Source: a virus (Duplodnaviria; Caudoviricetes). From it: 34,005 bases of DNA. The notes beneath the pieces were generated by a model. The model worked only from the letters and a program-made list of their open reading frames with translations. It did not search any database and was not told the DNA's origin. A program made the position numbers and the translations under genes. The stretch spans positions 1 to 34,005 of IMG/VR virus record IMGVR_UViG_3300025264_000051. One strand, given 5' to 3'. Positions 7,598-14,582 of the stretch are shown here, in pieces; within the stretch, counting starts at the first letter, position 1, and each line of letters opens with the position of its first letter.

Positions 7598-7774
7598 ATG
7601 AATAAATATGCTATGGGATTACAGTGTGGTAATATCGTAGCTCTTGATACTTGTGGATTAAGAAAACAGGTAGATGCTGCAATTAAAAATCCTAAAGCAG
7701 TTAAAGAACTAGATGCTTATGCTCTTGAAGTATTCAAGGCTTGGAAAAAAAGAAAGGAAATCTTCTATGATTAA
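7598..7774 (+). CDS. small hypothetical protein (58 aa; not in the ORF track)
   Basis: Hand translation MNKYAMGLQCGNIVALDTCGLRKQVDAAIKNPKAVKELDAYALEVFKAWKKRKEIFYD; AAGGAGG RBS. Confidence 0.65.
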   Translation: MNKYAMGLQCGNIVALDTCGLRKQVDAAIKNPKAVKELDAYALEVFKAWKKRKEIFYD

Positions 7775-8000
7775 ATTGTCCTTCATGTATTGGCTCCGTA
7801 TTTACATAGCTTTGATGGCTATAATAGGGACGTTAATATTACAAAGTATAATCATAGATAGTTTAATAGAGTACTATGGTTATTTCTATGTGGCTGTAGC
7901 TGTGATAGTACCAATGTTATTGGTGATATCATTAAAATGTTTTCACTATGCTGTTTCCGACATAAGAAAATCTTCTATAAAATGGTCGAACATAAGTTGA
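7767..8000 (+). CDS. small membrane protein (two hydrophobic segments)
   Basis: 3' part of ORF 7713-8000; AAGGA RBS before the ATG at 7767; IYIALMAIIGTLILQSIII and YFYVAVAVIVPMLLVISL. Confidence 0.6.
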   Translation: MIKLSFMYWLRIYIALMAIIGTLILQSIIIDSLIEYYGYFYVAVAVIVPMLLVISLKCFHYAVSDIRKSSIKWSNIS

Positions 8001-8007
8001 CCGAAAC

Positions 8008-8054
8008 CTATATATCCCTGACCCCTATACGTAGTATAGGGTCAGGGTATATAG
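8008..8054. repeat. family-A hairpin repeat, copy 3
   Basis: CTATATATCCCTGACCCCTATAC-GTA-GTATAGGGTCAGGGTATATAG. Confidence 0.92.
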
Positions 8055-8081
8055 ACTGGCTGAAACCAACTGGAGATTGCA

Positions 8082-8357
8082 ATGAAGATAATATTATATG
8101 GTACCTTTGGTGGCTTCCATCTTAGCGATGAGATGGTCGATCTCTATGAAGAAAAAACGGGTATTGTCTTAGACAATTACTCTTATGACTATGATAGAAC
8201 TGATCCTATCTTGATACAAGTAATAAAGGAGAATGATCCAGAAGATAACTTTAGAGTATGGGATATCCCGAAAGGAACAGAATATATCATAGATCAATAT
8301 GATGGTAGAGAGTCTCTTATAATTAAAGACGAGGTTAAATGGCAGGTTGCCACTTGA
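8082..8357 (+). CDS. conserved-type phage hypothetical protein
   Basis: FGGFHLS...RTDPILIQVI...IPKGTEYIIDQYDGRES pattern recalled from phage hypotheticals; GGAG RBS. Confidence 0.8.
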   Translation: MKIILYGTFGGFHLSDEMVDLYEEKTGIVLDNYSYDYDRTDPILIQVIKENDPEDNFRVWDIPKGTEYIIDQYDGRESLIIKDEVKWQVAT

Positions 8358-8364
8358 CTGAAAC

Positions 8365-8410
8365 CTATATACCCTAACCCCTATACGTAGTATAGGGTTA
8401 GGGGATATAG
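8365..8410. repeat. family-A hairpin repeat, copy 4
   Basis: CTATATACCCTAACCCCTATAC-GTA-GTATAGGGTTAGGGGATATAG. Confidence 0.92.
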
Positions 8411-8445
8411 ACTGACCAACCAACCAACCAAATGGAGATTGTTAT

Positions 8446-8634
8446 ATGAACAGAGACATCATGTTAGCCGCTGGCTTTGGTAAAAGTCTTGACTTAATTG
8501 ACGGGGGCAAATGCCCTACTTGTTCCGCTGAAATAGATCATAATTTTAGAGATGAATTAAGTCTAAAGGAATACAAAATCTCTGGCATGTGTCAAGATTG
8601 CCAAGATAGTTTCTTTAGTGTAGAAGATATATAA
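8446..8634 (+). CDS. small zinc-binding protein
   Basis: CPTC...FRDELSLKEYKISGMCQDC; GGAG RBS. Confidence 0.78.
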   Translation: MNRDIMLAAGFGKSLDLIDGGKCPTCSAEIDHNFRDELSLKEYKISGMCQDCQDSFFSVEDI

Positions 8635-8652
8635 AGGAAGGATAATCGAAAC

Positions 8653-8698
8653 CTATATACCCTAACCCCTATACGTAGTATAGGGTTAGGGGATATAG
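8653..8698. repeat. family-A hairpin repeat, copy 5
   Basis: Identical to copy 4 across the hairpin. Confidence 0.92.
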
Positions 8699-8701
8699 AA
8701 A

Positions 8702-8870
8702 TTTGGAGTATTTAATGGGGGATATGAGCGGTTAGAAATCAAGGTCGCTACTTGAGCCGCAAGGGGAATCCATTCTTTTACTTTATATAGTAAAAGATCA
8801 GCCTGTCTAAGGTAAGGAGGATTCTACGCATGGCCTTTAGCAAGTCATGTCTCCCATTAAATACTTTGAA
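8702..8870 (+). ncRNA. candidate multi-branched structured RNA of unknown family
   Basis: 8702-8727 pairs with 8845-8870 over 26 bp (with G-U pairs), enclosing inner stems; no long ORF inside. Confidence 0.55.
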
Positions 8871-8882
8871 AAGGAGAATGTT

Positions 8883-9050
8883 ATGGAACTACCCGACGAC
8901 ATGGATATTCCTTTGAGTCGAAAGGATATATCTAATATAAATAATGTTGCTTGGCTCCTAAGAAATTTAGGGATTCGCAACCAAGGTCACCCCGAATTTG
9001 AGGAGATAATTAAATTCCTTATCACTCTAATGAGAAAAAGGTCACGGTAA
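8883..9050 (+). CDS. small hypothetical protein
   Basis: 3' part of ORF 8847-9050; AAGGAG RBS before the ATG at 8883. Confidence 0.65.
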   Translation: MELPDDMDIPLSRKDISNINNVAWLLRNLGIRNQGHPEFEEIIKFLITLMRKRSR

Positions 9051-9388
9051 TGAGATACAACTACGAAGAAATGCAGTCTGCAGTAAAAGATTTAGCTATG
9101 GACTTTCCGCCAGAATGTGAATTGTCCTTTGGTTACATAGGTAACCTAGAATTTGGTAGGGATTACCGTAGCTGGTATATCTTTACCCAAGCTAAAGATA
9201 GACGTTGGAGTAGACTAAGCTATCCTATCAGAGTATCTAAAGATAAAGAAGAAAATTATATCTTTAGATTAGATAAAGATAAATTTAAGATGTGGCTAGA
9301 AAAGAATAGTTACCATCCAACTCTAGCTGTACAGTGTATAGCTTGCCAAGGCAAAGGATATACCTTGTTCAATAAGGATAGCGACTAA
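9050..9388 (+). CDS. hypothetical protein with a C-terminal CxxCxGxG half-site
   Basis: 112 aa; start coupled to the upstream stop; CIACQGKG. Confidence 0.7.
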   Translation: MRYNYEEMQSAVKDLAMDFPPECELSFGYIGNLEFGRDYRSWYIFTQAKDRRWSRLSYPIRVSKDKEENYIFRLDKDKFKMWLEKNSYHPTLAVQCIACQGKGYTLFNKDSD

Positions 9389-9395
9389 CCGAAAC

Positions 9396-9442
9396 CTATA
9401 TATCCCTGACCCCTATACGTAGTATAGGGTCAGGGTATATAG
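9396..9442. repeat. family-A hairpin repeat, copy 6
   Basis: Identical to copy 3 across the hairpin. Confidence 0.92.
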
Positions 9443-9467
9443 ACTGGCCGAAACCAACCGGAGGAAT

Positions 9468-9725
9468 GTGATGATAGATTTTATTGCTGCCCATAATGGC
9501 GGTATACAGATGTTTGCTAATGGTTTTAATCTCAAAGGTTGGGCAAAGACCGTTGAAGGTATTGTTTATACTCTCAAAACGGTTGGACTTGCTAACTGTG
9601 TGATGGGTTCCAGCACGATGGACTTTGCCTCTGAAGAAGGGTTTGAGAATGATGGTGACGCCATGAAGTTGTGGGATGCCGCCATTGAGATTTATAATTG
9701 GGAAGTAAATGGAGTTGCTGGATAA
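9468..9725 (+). CDS. hypothetical early protein
   Basis: 85-aa ORF; GGAGG RBS; bounded by hairpin copies 6 and 7. Confidence 0.75.
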   Translation: MMIDFIAAHNGGIQMFANGFNLKGWAKTVEGIVYTLKTVGLANCVMGSSTMDFASEEGFENDGDAMKLWDAAIEIYNWEVNGVAG

Positions 9726-9732
9726 CCGAAAC

Positions 9733-9778
9733 CTATAGACCCTGACCCCTATACGTAGTATAGGGTCAGGGTCTATAG
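9733..9778. repeat. family-A hairpin repeat, copy 7
   Basis: CTATAGACCCTGACCCCTATAC-GTA-GTATAGGGTCAGGGTCTATAG. Confidence 0.92.
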
Positions 9779-9794
9779 AGATATGGAGAAGCCG

Positions 9795-10499
9795 ATGCTA
9801 AACACGATCGAATACAGTGAAGGTGCCAAGTTGGGCCGTGCTCATGGTACTTATAGGGCAGGTAAAGATAATCCTTATGCTACTTGCCCTAATGACTGCC
9901 CTCTGAAGCCAGAGGACTGGCAAGGTACAGATGAATTTGACATAGACTATATGTCTGATTTATCTAAGGCGGTACCTCGCCGGGGCTGGGCTTGGACTTA
10001 CAGTCACTTTGCTGTAAAATTATGGCGGCATCTTAATGGTGCTGGCCGTACCGTTATCAATGCTTCATGTAAATCTATACAAGAAGCCATAGATAATACA
10101 TTAAGTGGTGTCCCTTCGGTGCTGGATGTACCGCCAGACACTCCTAAAGTATTTAAGGAAGGAGGAGTTAGATTTATTACATGCCCTGCTGCCATAAGAA
10201 AAGATATTACTTGTAATAATTGTGGCGGTATCAACGGCCCACTCTGTGCTAGAGTAGAAAGAAACTATGTAATTACTTTCCCTTGGCATGGCACTAAAGG
10301 CACAGTTAATAAAATGCTTGCCGCTCAAAAGGGAATATGCTATGGAGTGGGGTACTTTGTGAACAAACATTGGCGGTGGCTGTCTAATCAAGATCAAGAT
10401 AATATAACTGACGGTCAAAAGCTATTAGCTTGGACAAAGACATTAGCTCCAGGCAGTAGGCTCCGACACCATGTGGTTGGTGATGGTGGAAAGGAGTAA
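9795..10499 (+). CDS. Cys-rich putative metal/Fe-S-binding enzyme of unknown function
   Basis: TCPNDCPL, WTYSH, INAS, TCPA, TCNNCG...PLCAR, WHG and RHHVVGD motifs; GGAG RBS before the ATG at 9795. Confidence 0.7.
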   Translation: MLNTIEYSEGAKLGRAHGTYRAGKDNPYATCPNDCPLKPEDWQGTDEFDIDYMSDLSKAVPRRGWAWTYSHFAVKLWRHLNGAGRTVINASCKSIQEAIDNTLSGVPSVLDVPPDTPKVFKEGGVRFITCPAAIRKDITCNNCGGINGPLCARVERNYVITFPWHGTKGTVNKMLAAQKGICYGVGYFVNKHWRWLSNQDQDNITDGQKLLAWTKTLAPGSRLRHHVVGDGGKE

Positions 10500-10500
10500 C

Positions 10501-10546
10501 CTATGGCCCGTGGCCCCTATACGAAGTATAGGGCCACGGGACATAG
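10501..10546. repeat. family-A hairpin repeat, copy 8 (divergent arms)
   Basis: CTATGGCCCGTGGCCCCTATAC-GAA-GTATAGGGCCACGGGACATAG. Confidence 0.9.
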
Positions 10547-10562
10547 AGATAAGGAGAAAGTG

Positions 10563-10730
10563 ATGCATGAACTTGTCTTATATAAAACAGATATCAAGTC
10601 TAATGACTTGTGGCTGTACATTTTAGAGTCAGTTGGTATTGAATCTCACGGCACATTTGCTGGTAAAGTTCTTGATAAAAATATTGAAAGTATTACTATC
10701 AAGGTGCAGTCGGCAGCAGAGTTGCGGTGA
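10563..10730 (+). CDS. small hypothetical protein
   Basis: 3' part of ORF 10503-10730; AAGGAG RBS after the hairpin; start is GTG 10560 or ATG 10563. Confidence 0.65.
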   Translation: MHELVLYKTDIKSNDLWLYILESVGIESHGTFAGKVLDKNIESITIKVQSAAELR

Positions 10731-10735
10731 GAAAC

Positions 10736-10781
10736 CTATGGCCCGTGGCCCCTATACGAAGTATAGGGCCACGGGACATAG
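10736..10781. repeat. family-A hairpin repeat, copy 9
   Basis: Identical to copy 8. Confidence 0.9.
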
Positions 10782-10797
10782 AGACATGGAGATTGGC

Positions 10798-10947
10798 ATG
10801 AGGAAAAAGAAAATACAGAAAGGCAATCCCGTTGCCAAGTCGTTGCGTAGCCAGCATCTTCGGAAGCAGGTAGTACCTAGTAAGAAAGCGTATAACAGAA
10901 ACAAAGTTAACAAGGAGAATATCTATGACAAAGATCAAGACATTTGA
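10798..10947 (+). CDS. small basic protein (NPVAKxL...VVPSKKAYNR)
   Basis: 3' part of ORF 10633-10947; GGAG RBS; motif recalled from small phage proteins. Confidence 0.7.
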   Translation: MRKKKIQKGNPVAKSLRSQHLRKQVVPSKKAYNRNKVNKENIYDKDQDI

Positions 10948-11134
10948 AGCATATCGCCACGAGTTGAAGGCCCCGAAGTGGGTCACTATCCCAAGGGATA
11001 AGGGCGTTAGCTATGGCAAGCATTTGGAAAAGGGCAACCCGATCCAGGTAGTTTGGACTCAAGAGGATGGAGATCGCAAGGCCCATCTGATTAAGAATAA
11101 AGATAACTTGCCAGCAGAGCTTGCTGCTGGCTAG
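10925..11134 (+). CDS. hypothetical protein
   Basis: 69-aa ORF; AAGGAG RBS. Confidence 0.7.
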   Translation: MTKIKTFEAYRHELKAPKWVTIPRDKGVSYGKHLEKGNPIQVVWTQEDGDRKAHLIKNKDNLPAELAAG

Positions 11135-11143
11135 TTTAACCCC

Positions 11144-11174
11144 GGCCCTGCCTCTTATATTGAGGGGCAGGGCC
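11144..11174 (+). other. intergenic stem-loop
   Basis: GGCCCTGCCTCTTA-TAT-TGAGGGGCAGGGCC (G-U pairs); no clear U-tract. Confidence 0.55.
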
Positions 11175-11198
11175 ACTACTTTACAAGGAGAATATGAT

Positions 11199-11432
11199 AT
11201 GGCTACGTACAAGATTACTATGAGAAAGAATGCAAAGTCTCCGAAGTATGATACTTTGTTCGGCATCAACAGCACCTCCACTGGGTACAGATTAGATGTA
11301 CCTTTCCATAGTTTGACAAAGATGAACCCGAAGGGTAGCCGTAAGATGGTACGGTCTTCGACATCTGGTATTAGATTAATCGTAGAGAATAATAGGCGAG
11401 GCAAGTCAAGTGTCTTTCACTTTACTGTCTGA
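11199..11432 (+). CDS. basic hypothetical protein
   Basis: 3' part of ORF 11121-11432; AAGGAG RBS before the ATG at 11199. Confidence 0.7.
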   Translation: MATYKITMRKNAKSPKYDTLFGINSTSTGYRLDVPFHSLTKMNPKGSRKMVRSSTSGIRLIVENNRRGKSSVFHFTV

Positions 11433-11437
11433 TTAAA

Positions 11438-11493
11438 TATCTATTGCCAATGTAGCTATGCATCTAATGCATAGCTATGTTGGTGGATAGTAT
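11438..11493 (+). other. long intergenic stem-loop
   Basis: ...GCCAATGTAGCTATGCAT-CTA-ATGCATAGCTATGTTGGT... with several G-U pairs. Confidence 0.55.
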
Positions 11494-11523
11494 GCACTAT
11501 AATGCAGATAGAAAGGAATAGCT

Positions 11524-11721
11524 ATGTCTGATAAATTAAAATCTATGGACTATCAACTGATGACAGATAGAGTACAAGAGTTAATGACAAAAGGAAAGGA
11601 AAGTAAACGAGGTGGCTGGGCAATGTCAGAAATAGTAGAGAAAATTGGCACTGAATTTGGACAGGACTATGAGGAATCTTGCCGCCAATATATAAAAGAA
11701 TATATATTGTATAGCAGATAG
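11524..11721 (+). CDS. hypothetical protein
   Basis: 65-aa ORF; AAGGA RBS. Confidence 0.7.
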   Translation: MSDKLKSMDYQLMTDRVQELMTKGKESKRGGWAMSEIVEKIGTEFGQDYEESCRQYIKEYILYSR

Positions 11722-11732
11722 GAAAAATAAAA

Positions 11733-11915
11733 ATGAACTACGATATGATGATGGGTTTTTTGCGTACTTGTCCTTCACATAAATGGGAAGTAGAAGAAGT
11801 TTGCTGGGCTACACCAGCAGAAAAGGGTACAGTATTAGTAAGATTTATAATAGAACAAAATATTTGGGACATGGAAGATGAAGAAGATGATAGGGTACAA
11901 ACTGTTTCGTCATAG
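11733..11915 (+). CDS. hypothetical protein
   Basis: 60-aa ORF in operon. Confidence 0.6.
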   Translation: MNYDMMMGFLRTCPSHKWEVEEVCWATPAEKGTVLVRFIIEQNIWDMEDEEDDRVQTVSS

Positions 11916-12192
11916 AAAAGATGGGACTATAGGGCCTTTGTTTATAAATAAAAGACAAAGGATACAGATAGGAGTAGAATATCCCTATGAAAAACATCTG
12001 ACAAAAGGTTTTAAATACAGACCTGGATGGCACATTTGTAGTCAACCCATAGCACCACATCTATCTAAGAAAGATAGAGTATGGGCAAAGGTAGACTTTA
12101 CTTTTATGTCTATGTTAGATAGACCTAAATCACAGGGAGGTACATGGTATTTGGGTAGCACTATGAAAGTATTAGAATTAGTGGAGGAATAG
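11878..12192 (+). CDS. hypothetical phage protein
   Basis: GYKLFR...GPLFIN...TKGFKYRPGWH...PHL pattern; start may be 11887. Confidence 0.75.
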   Translation: MKKMIGYKLFRHRKDGTIGPLFINKRQRIQIGVEYPYEKHLTKGFKYRPGWHICSQPIAPHLSKKDRVWAKVDFTFMSMLDRPKSQGGTWYLGSTMKVLELVEE

Positions 12193-12193
12193 C

Positions 12194-12382
12194 ATGGAGA
12201 CAGAGAAGGACAATGTAATACCGCCAGAAGTTTTTTGGAAAAGAAAAGTAGATTGGTTTATTTATATGTGGCAGTGCGGCAAAGACAGTACGCCACAATT
12301 CATAATCAATCTAGTTCGTATGGGTTACCCCGAAGAAGATGTAATAAAATATATTGAGGACTACGAAGATGATAAAGAATAG
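12194..12382 (+). CDS. hypothetical protein
   Basis: 62-aa ORF; GGAGG RBS. Confidence 0.65.
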   Translation: METEKDNVIPPEVFWKRKVDWFIYMWQCGKDSTPQFIINLVRMGYPEEDVIKYIEDYEDDKE

Positions 12383-12385
12383 TGC

Positions 12386-12413
12386 TTGACATTTTATACA
12401 GCTTGTGTATACT
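12386..12413 (+). promoter_or_regulatory. sigma70-type promoter
   Basis: TTGACA-16 nt-TATACT, intergenic, just upstream of hairpin copy 10. Confidence 0.6.
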
Positions 12414-12432
12414 GTGTGGAACACACACATAC

Positions 12433-12478
12433 CTATATTCTCTAACCCCTATACGTAGTATAGGGTTAGAGAATATAG
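12433..12478. repeat. family-A hairpin repeat, copy 10
   Basis: CTATATTCTCTAACCCCTATAC-GTA-GTATAGGGTTAGAGAATATAG. Confidence 0.9.
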
Positions 12479-12502
12479 AAATAGGAAGGGACAAATTGTA
12501 GC

Positions 12503-12913
12503 ATGTTAAAGATAGCACTTATATGTCTTGCTTTAAATGTGTACTATGAAGCAAGGAACCAGCCCTTACAAGGGCAGATGGCAGTAGCAGAAGTTGTTAT
12601 GAACAGAGTTGTAAGTAATAAATTTCCTGATACAGTATGTGAAGTTATAGAGGAAGGGCCAACCTATTCATGGAAGCCAGACTTTCCTGTAAGAAATAGA
12701 TGCCAGTTCAGTTGGTACTGTGACGGTAAAAGTGATATGCCTATGGAAAAAGATGCGTGGGAAACAGCTCTGATAGTAGCAAAAGATATACTTGCAAACA
12801 GACCAATGATATTGAAAGGGTCTACACATTATCATGCGGTAAATGTTAATCCTAACTGGTCAAAGACTAAGACGTTTGTAAAAAGAGTAGGGGATCATTT
12901 ATTTTATAAGTAA
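12503..12913 (+). CDS. cell wall hydrolase, SleB/Hydrolase_2 family
   Basis: CLALNVYYEARNQ...GQMAVAEVVMNRV...FPDTVCEV...CQFSWYCDG...THYHA...PNW...GDHLFY. Confidence 0.93.
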   Translation: MLKIALICLALNVYYEARNQPLQGQMAVAEVVMNRVVSNKFPDTVCEVIEEGPTYSWKPDFPVRNRCQFSWYCDGKSDMPMEKDAWETALIVAKDILANRPMILKGSTHYHAVNVNPNWSKTKTFVKRVGDHLFYK

Positions 12914-12926
12914 TATAAGGAAGGAT

Positions 12927-13055
12927 ATGATGGCCGACGAACAGGTATCAAAGAATACACGAGAACAATACCTTAAATATGTACAAAGAAAAAAGGATAA
13001 GAAAAAGACACTGCTGCGAAAGCAACAGCGCAAACAAAAGAAAGAACAAGCCTAA
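12927..13055 (+). CDS. small basic protein (42 aa)
   Basis: Hand translation MMADEQVSKNTREQYLKYVQRKKDKKKTLLRKQQRKQKKEQA; fills the gap, stop overlaps the next ATG. Confidence 0.55.
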   Translation: MMADEQVSKNTREQYLKYVQRKKDKKKTLLRKQQRKQKKEQA

Positions 13056-13273
13056 TGCCTAGCACACATGACGCACTACAAATTATGAGTACAGAAGAGA
13101 TACTAAAGAAGAATGTCTATGATCTTCAAGAACAATTACAAATAGCAAATAAAAGAACACTATCCTTGATGGATAAAGTTAGGGTTTTAAACACAAAGCT
13201 GGCGGAAATTAATTATTCCCTTAGTGGTATGGATATATATCTTGCTGATGTAAAGGAATTATTTAATGACTAG
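13055..13273 (+). CDS. coiled-coil hypothetical protein
   Basis: 72-aa ORF with heptad pattern. Confidence 0.65.
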   Translation: MPSTHDALQIMSTEEILKKNVYDLQEQLQIANKRTLSLMDKVRVLNTKLAEINYSLSGMDIYLADVKELFND

Positions 13274-13430
13274 CGCCGAAGATAACTGGAAGGAAAGTTA
13301 TAAGATTTTACAGAAGATTAAGGATGCTCAAAAGGACTGTATGATTTGTGGTTGTCCTATTACACAAAAAGATTATGATGATTATAAGATGTGTCCTTGG
13401 TGTTACTCTGATGCGGGAAATATATTATAA
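13266..13430 (+). CDS. small zinc-ribbon protein (54 aa)
   Basis: Hand translation includes CMICGC...CPWC; AAGGA RBS; stop coupled to the next ATG. Confidence 0.6.
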   Translation: MTSAEDNWKESYKILQKIKDAQKDCMICGCPITQKDYDDYKMCPWCYSDAGNIL

Positions 13431-13687
13431 TGTATACTGAAAAAAGAATAGAAGAGATATTAGATACGTTTACTAAGGTGTTGTCCAAAGCAGATAATTT
13501 TCCACGGAATAATGATCCAAAAGATTATAAACAATTTTGGATAGCTCTACGTAAAGAAGGTGCAAATTTATTAGGAATATCAAGATATTTATACGGAAGA
13601 ATGGCTAAAGAGAATATCAAAAAAGAGGTAGGTAAAGAGGACTATGCTGAAGATACACTTGACAATGAAGGAGGAGCAATATTTTAA
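13430..13687 (+). CDS. hypothetical protein
   Basis: 85-aa ORF in operon. Confidence 0.65.
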   Translation: MYTEKRIEEILDTFTKVLSKADNFPRNNDPKDYKQFWIALRKEGANLLGISRYLYGRMAKENIKKEVGKEDYAEDTLDNEGGAIF

Positions 13688-13814
13688 AAGTAACAATCAT
13701 ATCTTTTATTTGTATTCTTTTATTGTATTGGATAGCAATTACTTGGCGACCATATACAACAGAACCTCTCTTTAGTTTTGATTGTTGCACATGGATAAAG
13801 AAGGAGGAAATTAA

Positions 13815-13976
13815 ATGACTCTTTTTAAAATGCTTATACATAAATTTAAAGAGTGGTTAAATAATAGTAATGAACCTAAGTACCTGTCCGGTAAAAGTAG
13901 GGCAGTTAAACATGCCCGTAATAAACAAAAGTATTTATCTGGTAAGAATAAGGGACACGCAGATGACACCACATGA
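13815..13976 (+). CDS. small basic protein with a duplicated KYLSGK (53 aa)
   Basis: Hand translation MTLFKMLIHKFKEWLNNSNEPKYLSGKSRAVKHARNKQKYLSGKNKGHADDTT; AAGGAGG RBS. Confidence 0.55.
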   Translation: MTLFKMLIHKFKEWLNNSNEPKYLSGKSRAVKHARNKQKYLSGKNKGHADDTT

Positions 13977-14322
13977 AAAATTAAAATTACTAAGGGAGAA
14001 ACAAGAGAACGATGGTAACCCTATTGACAAACAACATATTATAAATAATCTAAAAAATGTATATGATCCTGAGATGTCGGGTGTTAGTGTATATGATTTA
14101 GGTTTGATATATAATATAGATATAGATGAGAAGGAAGGGATCGTTACGTTAACACATACTCTAACCAGTGCTTGGTGTCCCTTCGCAGATGAAATAATTC
14201 ATGCTATATATAAAGCATGTGAGGTTGACAATGTTAATTCAATTGATATAATAACAACATTCGATCCTCCATTTAGTATGGACATGGTTCCAGAAGAAAC
14301 AAGAATGATGTTGGGTTGGTAA
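13963..14322 (+). CDS. DUF59 / SufT-PaaD-like Fe-S cluster assembly protein
   Basis: LKNVYDPEM...VYDLGLIY...TLTSAWCPFA...TFDPPFS..M...RMMLG; start likely 13963. Confidence 0.9.
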   Translation: MTPHEKLKLLREKQENDGNPIDKQHIINNLKNVYDPEMSGVSVYDLGLIYNIDIDEKEGIVTLTHTLTSAWCPFADEIIHAIYKACEVDNVNSIDIITTFDPPFSMDMVPEETRMMLGW

Positions 14323-14338
14323 ATAAAAGGAGAACTAT

Positions 14339-14581
14339 ATGATAAATATGTGGACACATACCCTGTTAGCAGTTGGTTGTCTAGCCTTGGCATACTACGC
14401 TGGATATTATATACAAATGAAAAATCTTGTTGCCGATGTTAGTGATAAGGTACTGTATGATTTTATAAAAACTTTAGAGAAAGGTGGATTTATAAAAACA
14501 GATATAGATGACGATGGAGACTTGGAACTTATACCTATAAAAGAAATAGTTAAACAGCACAGTAATGCAAAGGAGAAATAA
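14339..14581 (+). CDS. membrane-anchored hypothetical protein
   Basis: N-terminal hydrophobic segment; AAGGAG RBS. Confidence 0.7.
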   Translation: MINMWTHTLLAVGCLALAYYAGYYIQMKNLVADVSDKVLYDFIKTLEKGGFIKTDIDDDGDLELIPIKEIVKQHSNAKEK

Positions 14582-14582
14582 T

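Noticed and set aside
8021-8041. Resemblance of CTATACGTAGTATAGGG to the T7 promoter (TAATACGACTCACTATAGGG)
   Set aside because: The spacing is 3 nt shorter, the match follows from the palindrome, and no single-subunit RNA polymerase is encoded in the window.
7937-8423. ORFs 7937-8125 (+) and 8169-8423 (-), and likewise 6715-6978 (-) and 12306-12518 (-)
   Set aside because: They read through hairpin repeats (PILRIGVR-type peptides) or shadow better-supported genes.
8702-8870. Retron msr-msd or tRNA
   Set aside because: Terminal inverted repeats are present, but there is no reverse transcriptase in the window and no cloverleaf, T-loop or CCA signature.
10503-10797. Duplicated peptide MARGPYTKYRATGHRD in ORFs 10503 and 10633
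   Set aside because: It is a translation of hairpin copies 8 and 9; the true starts with RBSs lie downstream (10560/10563 and 10798).
13681-13818. Possible hydrophobic small ORF (ILKVTIISFICILLLYWIAITW...)
   Set aside because: The frame is open after AGGAGG but has no ATG or GTG start near the RBS; it cannot be supported without homologs.
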